Source of the DNA: Spirochaetaceae bacterium
GTDB taxonomy: Bacteria > Spirochaetota > Spirochaetia > DSM-27196 > SLAA01
Direction of reading: 5' to 3'
Assembly: GCA_003552665.1 (NCBI GenBank)
Contig: PUNW01000218.1
Span: forward strand, 1 to 37,749
DNA: 37,749 bases
Shown: one piece after another, positions 33,682-37,749 of the stretch
Position numbering within the stretch: the stretch's first letter is position 1
Layout: every line of letters begins with the position of its first letter
Program-made: the position numbers and the translations under genes
The notes under the pieces: model-generated
Databases searched by the model: none
Told to the model about the DNA's origin: nothing
The model's input: the letters and a program-made list of their open reading frames with translations, nothing else

Positions 33682-34050
33682 ATGAGCACACAGAGACAGA
33701 TAAGCAACAGTAAGGCCGGATTCGTAAAGACCGGAACAGATACGCCCGGTGAACGGCCTCAGCTCTCGAGTGAACAGAAGACCACCTTAATACGCAAAGG
33801 CAACGAGCTGTTCAACAAAGGACAGGTCGACACCGCCAAACGGATCTTCATCACCGTGGGCTACACCGACGGGCTGATCCGTCTGGGAGACCACTACTAT
33901 AAGCAAAACCGGCCGTTGGAAGCGTTTAAGATGTACCGGTTGGCCCCGGATAACGGGCGCAGCGAGCGTATGATCGAGCGGATGGCACTCGTATTGCGAA
34001 CCTGGCTACTGGAAGACCAAGCCCAAGAACAGCGAGTAAAAGCACAATGA
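33682..34050 (+). CDS. Hypothetical protein (possibly one or two TPR/Sel1-like helical repeats)
   Basis: 122 aa. It has its own promoter candidate and makes an ATGA start/stop overlap with the downstream TPR gene (34047-34050). The helical-hairpin-like segment reads GNELFNKGQVDTAKRIFITVGYTDGLIRLGDHYYKQNRPLEAFKMYRLA. I recognised no family. Confidence 0.58.
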   Translation: MSTQRQISNSKAGFVKTGTDTPGERPQLSSEQKTTLIRKGNELFNKGQVDTAKRIFITVGYTDGLIRLGDHYYKQNRPLEAFKMYRLAPDNGRSERMIERMALVLRTWLLEDQAQEQRVKAQ

Positions 34051-35225
34051 TGAATAAAGGGATCGAGCCGAACGGCGCACACAATCCGGATGAGACATAC
34101 AAGCAGCAATTCGAGGATGATGAGCGCATGCAGAAGGAGCAGGCTCATCAGCTTGCCGAGCTGTCTCAGAAGGCGTATCAACTGCTGAAGGAAGACTATC
34201 TTGCCGAAGCAGAGGATCTCTTCAAAGAAATGCTCGCGCTCGAATCGCACAACAACTATGCCCTTGTCGGGCTCGGTGACGCGGCCCGCAAGCGCAAGGG
34301 CTTCAACGAGGCGATCGAGTATTACCAGCGCTGTCTGGAGCATTTTCCGCAGAACAACTATGCGCTCTTCGGCCTCGCGGATTGCTACAAGTCGCTGCGG
34401 CATTATCATAAAGCGATCGGCGTCTGGGAGCGATATCTGGAGCACGATGACCGCAACGTCACGGTGCTGACGCGAGTGGCAGACGCGTATCGAAAAGTCC
34501 GCAATCTGCAGCGCTCGCAGGAGCTCTATCTCAAGGTGCTGCAGATAGAGCCCGACAACGCCTACGCACTGATCGGGCTCGGGCATCTGCACTACGACTT
34601 CAAGGACTTTGAGAAGGCGAAGTCCTACTGGGAACGCATCCACCAGCTGCATGGCGAGAGTGTCGACATACGCGTGCTCACCTCCCTGGGGAACTGCCAT
34701 CGCAAGCTCAAGACCTATGCCGACGGGCTGCGCTACTTCGAAGCCGCGCTCGAACGTGAGCCTCATAACTTCTATGCCCTGTTCGGAATGGCCGACTGTT
34801 ACCGAGGGTTAAATCAGCAGACCCAGTCATTGCAGTACTGGAACAGAATCCTGGAACGCGACCCGGACAATAAGGTCATTCTTACCCGGGCGGGCGACGC
34901 TTATAGGAACATGCAGGATTACGATCGGGCCGCCATGTACTACAAGAAGGCGCTCAACATCGAGTTCGATGTGTACGCCGTACTCGGTCTGGCGCTGATC
35001 AACAAGGCCCAGGGCAAGCTCCACGACGCGATCGAGTCGCTCGAGGGCCTCGTGAAGTCAGACCCCAAAAACCACCGCCTCTACACCGAGATTGCCGATT
35101 GCTATGTGAAGCTCGGCCAACCGCAGCGGGCGCTCGAGGTCTTGGGCCGCTTTCAGAAACTCGGGATTCGCAACCGGCATGTCTACGACATGTACGAGCG
35201 GCTGCGGAACCGCGCAGCCGAATGA
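34047..35225 (+). CDS. TPR repeat protein (about 9-10 repeats), cytoplasmic
   Basis: 392 aa with consecutive 34-residue repeats. The W/Y-L-G-Y-A-P pattern recurs (NNYALVGLGDA..., NNYALFGLADCY..., DNAYALIGLGHLH..., HNFYALFGMADCY...). No signal peptide. Confidence 0.8.
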   Translation: MMNKGIEPNGAHNPDETYKQQFEDDERMQKEQAHQLAELSQKAYQLLKEDYLAEAEDLFKEMLALESHNNYALVGLGDAARKRKGFNEAIEYYQRCLEHFPQNNYALFGLADCYKSLRHYHKAIGVWERYLEHDDRNVTVLTRVADAYRKVRNLQRSQELYLKVLQIEPDNAYALIGLGHLHYDFKDFEKAKSYWERIHQLHGESVDIRVLTSLGNCHRKLKTYADGLRYFEAALEREPHNFYALFGMADCYRGLNQQTQSLQYWNRILERDPDNKVILTRAGDAYRNMQDYDRAAMYYKKALNIEFDVYAVLGLALINKAQGKLHDAIESLEGLVKSDPKNHRLYTEIADCYVKLGQPQRALEVLGRFQKLGIRNRHVYDMYERLRNRAAE

Positions 35226-35235
35226 GCCTGGTTGG

Positions 35236-35257
35236 GCGCCGGTGCGCTTGCCGGCGC
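35236..35257. terminator. Hairpin in the convergent gap between the TPR gene and alaS (possible bidirectional terminator)
   Basis: A 7-bp GC stem, gcgccgg (35236-35242) with ccggcgc (35251-35257), and an 8-nt loop. No flanking T/A tracts. Confidence 0.3.
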
Positions 35258-35273
35258 TCCCTCGGCGGGCCGA

Positions 35274-37058
35274 CTATTTCACCACAGCTCTGATCCGGCG
35301 CACGCCCTGCGAAGATGACTGCTCCTTGGTGATCTTGAACTCCCCGATCTCGCCGGTGCTCGAGACATGCGGGCCGCCGCACACCTCCCGCGAGTAATCC
35401 CCGATGGAGTACACTTTGACGATCTCATCGTAGCGGTCACCGAACAGCGCGATCGCGCCGCTTTCGCGCGCCTCGCCGAAGGTCATCGTCTCGACCGTTA
35501 CCGGAAGATCTCGTTGGATGTGTTCGTTCACGATTCCTTCTACCTGTTCAATCTGCTCAGAGGTCATCTTGTCTGAATGCACGAAATCAAAACGCAGTCG
35601 CTGAGGTGTAATATTGCTTCCCTTCTGGGCCACATGGTCACCGAGGACATCCCGTAAGGCCTGGTGCAGCAGATGCGTGGCGGTATGCAGCCGCGTCGTA
35701 AGCTCGGTGTGGTCCGCCAGCCCTCCTTTGAAACTGCTGGTCTCGTCCATCTTGGAGCGCCGTTGATGCTCCTCGAAGGCCTTGTCGAACCCCTCACGGT
35801 CTACCACCAGCCCGTGTTCACGCGCGAGCTCTTCGGTAATTTCGACCGGAAACCCGTAGGTATCGTAAAGCCGGAACGCCACCTCTCCGGGAATTGTACG
35901 GTCTTGTTTCTCAAGTAGATCCGGCAGCTTCTTCGCGAACTCCTGCTCACCCTTTTGCAGCGTCTTCAGGAAACGCTCCTCTTCGGCGTGCAGCTCATCG
36001 ATAATGATGTTGTACTTCTCAACCAGAACCGGGTACGGTTCGCGATAGATCTCGACCACAACCGCAGCGAGATGACCCAGAAACGGGTCCGAAAGCCCAA
36101 GCTTTCGTCCATGCCGTACAGCCCGGCGGATGAGTCGCCGCAGGATATAACCCTGTTGCACGTTCGACGGCTTGACACCCTTCTCGTCACCGAGGATGAA
36201 GGTTGCGGTCCGTACGTGATCTGAGATGATGCGTATCGACCGGTCACTATCTTCGTCCGCGCCGTAGCGCCGTTCGATCAATTCCTCGAGCTTGGCGATT
36301 ATCGGGGTAAAGACCTCGGTTTCATATACTGAGTTCTTCCCTTGCAGGATCGCAATCGTGCGCTCGATGCCCATGCCGGTATCGACACACTTACGCTGCA
36401 GTTTCTCGTAGGTGCCGTCCGCCTTCTTGTTGTACTCCATGAAGACGTCATTCCAGACTTCCATGTACTTGCCGTCTGATACACCCGGGCGGCTCCCCGG
36501 CGTCCCGGGAACTCCGGTGTCGATGAACATCTCGGTATCCGGGCCGCAGGGGCCGGTGGCTCCCGCCGGGCCCCACCAGTTGTCTGAGCGCGGAAGGTAA
36601 TGGATCCGCTCGCGCGGGATACCGAGTGATTCCCATACGCCGGCCGATTCGCGATCGGGCGGCACTTCCTCGTCGCCTTCGAACACCGTGATCGATATCT
36701 TCTCAGGATCAATCCCAAGCCACCGCGGCGAGGTGAGGAACTCGTAGCTCATCTTGATCGCTTCTTCCTTGAAGTAATCACCGAGCGACCAGTTCCCGAG
36801 CATCTCAAAGAACGTCAGGTGACTGAAGTCACCGACGTCGTCGATATCGCCGGTGCGGATGCACTTCTGATAGTCAACGAGACGGTTCCCTGCCGGATGT
36901 TCCTGACCCAGGAGGTACGGGACAAGCGGATGCATTCCGGCGGTGGTGAACAACACCGTCGGATCGTTTTCCGGAATCAATGAGGCGCCGGAAATCTGTA
37001 CGTGGTCGTGTTCTTCGAAAAACTGAATATACTTCCTGCGGAGTTCATCTGCTGTCAT
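35274..37058 (-). CDS. alaS: Alanine--tRNA ligase, short form lacking the C-Ala domain
   Basis: 594 aa. The class II catalytic N-terminus reads RRKYIQFFEEHDHVQISGASLIPENDPTVLFTTAGM. Editing-domain motifs HTATHLLHQAL and CGGPHV are present. The protein ends 5 residues after GVRRIRA, where the C-terminal oligomerisation/C-Ala domain normally begins. Confidence 0.93.
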   Translation of the reverse strand: MTADELRRKYIQFFEEHDHVQISGASLIPENDPTVLFTTAGMHPLVPYLLGQEHPAGNRLVDYQKCIRTGDIDDVGDFSHLTFFEMLGNWSLGDYFKEEAIKMSYEFLTSPRWLGIDPEKISITVFEGDEEVPPDRESAGVWESLGIPRERIHYLPRSDNWWGPAGATGPCGPDTEMFIDTGVPGTPGSRPGVSDGKYMEVWNDVFMEYNKKADGTYEKLQRKCVDTGMGIERTIAILQGKNSVYETEVFTPIIAKLEELIERRYGADEDSDRSIRIISDHVRTATFILGDEKGVKPSNVQQGYILRRLIRRAVRHGRKLGLSDPFLGHLAAVVVEIYREPYPVLVEKYNIIIDELHAEEERFLKTLQKGEQEFAKKLPDLLEKQDRTIPGEVAFRLYDTYGFPVEITEELAREHGLVVDREGFDKAFEEHQRRSKMDETSSFKGGLADHTELTTRLHTATHLLHQALRDVLGDHVAQKGSNITPQRLRFDFVHSDKMTSEQIEQVEGIVNEHIQRDLPVTVETMTFGEARESGAIALFGDRYDEIVKVYSIGDYSREVCGGPHVSSTGEIGEFKITKEQSSSQGVRRIRAVVK

Positions 37059-37067
37059 AGTAAAAAG

Positions 37068-37096
37068 ATATTACGAATCGTGGTTGCAAGTGTCAA
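37068..37096 (-). promoter_or_regulatory. Candidate sigma70-type promoter of alaS with leaderless geometry
   Basis: On the minus strand: consensus TTGACA (37091-37096), a 17-nt spacer, then TAATAT (37068-37073). Only 9 nt (ctttttact, no SD) separate it from ATG 37058. Confidence 0.55.
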
Positions 37097-37162
37097 TCGC
37101 ACGGCCGAATCGGCCGGGTGAAGGCCCTCGGGGTCGCCCTGCCGGCATGTGCCCCTTCAGGC

Positions 37163-37690
37163 TCATATTTCTTCGAACTCGTCGTCGCTGTCGGAGCTGC
37201 GCAGGTCAGGGAAGACATACACGATGCTGCCGCTCTTGCGCACCCGCACCTCGCAGAAGCCCCGCTCAGCGAGACGTTCGAGGTGCGCCTTTGCTTGATC
37301 GGTCGTCACGTTGCCTTCAAGCGCAACCGTCGCGGGGGTAGCAATACCGTCGTTTCGTTTGGCGGTGCGAAGGATCACCTGTTCTATGGTAGGCGGCTGA
37401 TTACTCGGCCGTCCCACCGGGCGTCCCATGCGTTCCTGACGTAAGGCTTCGAAAACCGCGGCGTCCGGATCAGGCCCGCCGAAACCGTAGCCTAACCGCT
37501 GTCTGATCTGCGCTTCCCGAACCTGCTCCGGCAGCGTGAGCGCATCGTACAGCGTCCCAAAACCGAACAGACCCCAGGTAAAGAAGTACACCAGTCCACT
37601 ACCGAACTTTCCGAGATAAAATCGATGTAACCCCGCCATTCCGAAGAACGAGGCTGCCCAGAACAAATACGCCATACCGAGTGACGGCAA
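37163..37690 (-). CDS. TM2 domain membrane protein with soluble C-terminal domain
   Basis: GGGAGGAG lies upstream of ATG 37690. The TM2 signature reads AYLFWAASFFGMAGLHRFYLGKFGSGLVYFFTWGLFGFGTLYDA. A C-terminal region of about 90 aa (TIEQVILRTAKRNDGIATPATVALEGNVTTDQAKAHLERLAERGFCEVRV) has a winged-helix-like pattern. Confidence 0.8.
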   Translation of the reverse strand: MPSLGMAYLFWAASFFGMAGLHRFYLGKFGSGLVYFFTWGLFGFGTLYDALTLPEQVREAQIRQRLGYGFGGPDPDAAVFEALRQERMGRPVGRPSNQPPTIEQVILRTAKRNDGIATPATVALEGNVTTDQAKAHLERLAERGFCEVRVRKSGSIVYVFPDLRSSDSDDEFEEI

Positions 37691-37749
37691 TCCAATCTCC
37701 TCCCTTGTCGTTCGGCCGGCCTAATCGATCAGGTCGTCTTGATCGACGA

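Noticed and set aside
32891-33691. A 266-aa ORF (and the nested 33273-33707 ORF) antisense to hisB.
   Set aside because: hisB on the plus strand carries all hallmark motifs and is translationally coupled to hisG. The antisense ORFs are compositional artefacts.
33897-34766. A 289-aa ORF antisense to the multi-TPR gene and the preceding hypothetical gene.
   Set aside because: The plus strand shows clean, periodic 34-residue TPR repeats. The antisense translation is Leu/Val/Arg-rich with no motifs or ribosome-binding site.
37721-37749. The 3' end of another minus-strand gene at the window edge (...VDQDDLID-stop, TAG at 37721-37723).
   Set aside because: Only 9 codons are visible. The frame is plausible but cannot be identified or supported, so I did not list it as a feature.
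1-37749. Window-wide look for tRNA/rRNA genes, riboswitch leaders, transposases, integrases, prophage genes, toxin-antitoxin pairs, restriction-modification genes or known defence genes.
   Set aside because: I recognised none by eye. Intergenic regions are short (mostly under 110 nt), and every long ORF has a housekeeping or envelope assignment. Small ncRNAs cannot be excluded without covariance-model searches (Infernal/Rfam, tRNAscan-SE).

Overview
This is a GC-rich (by eye), very gene-dense bacterial chromosomal segment. I call 37 protein-coding genes. I recognised no rRNA, tRNA, CRISPR array, transposase, integrase or phage gene. Most of the content is core metabolism and information processing: tyrA, pta-dapB-dapA, rsmA, a comEC-like gene, fabZ, dnaE, recG, rsmD, hisZ-hisG-hisB and alaS. 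Envelope- and motility-flavoured genes are interleaved: a bactofilin, TPR proteins, two paralogous beta-barrel outer-membrane proteins flanking a lipoprotein, an RlpA-SPOR protein, a membrane-anchored PilZ protein, a FliG-C-terminal-domain-only mini protein, TlpA/CcdA, a CPBP protease and a TM2 protein. The 594-aa AlaRS without a C-Ala domain, the FadL/PorV-like barrels and the overall gene set suggest a high-GC diderm of Spirochaetota type. That assignment is inference only. I see no canonical defence or mobile system, so the window reads as core genome and the novelty claims are modest. The best candidates for something undescribed are four. (1) The same-strand string bactofilin-TPR-barrel-lipoprotein-barrel (521-4921) may be a cytoskeleton-to-outer-membrane module. 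(2) A stand-alone FliG-C-like protein lies at 15334-15711. (3) A specialised NusG paralog heads a capD/degT sugar operon, followed directly by a divergent xanthine-dehydrogenase-family trio (17740-24376). (4) There are non-coding regularities: near-consensus promoters placed 7-10 nt from start codons with no Shine-Dalgarno (leaderless geometry), a 20-bp periodic repeat, and a 9-mer (GAATCGGCC) recurring in intergenic regions. All homology calls come from reading the translations by eye. No searches were run.
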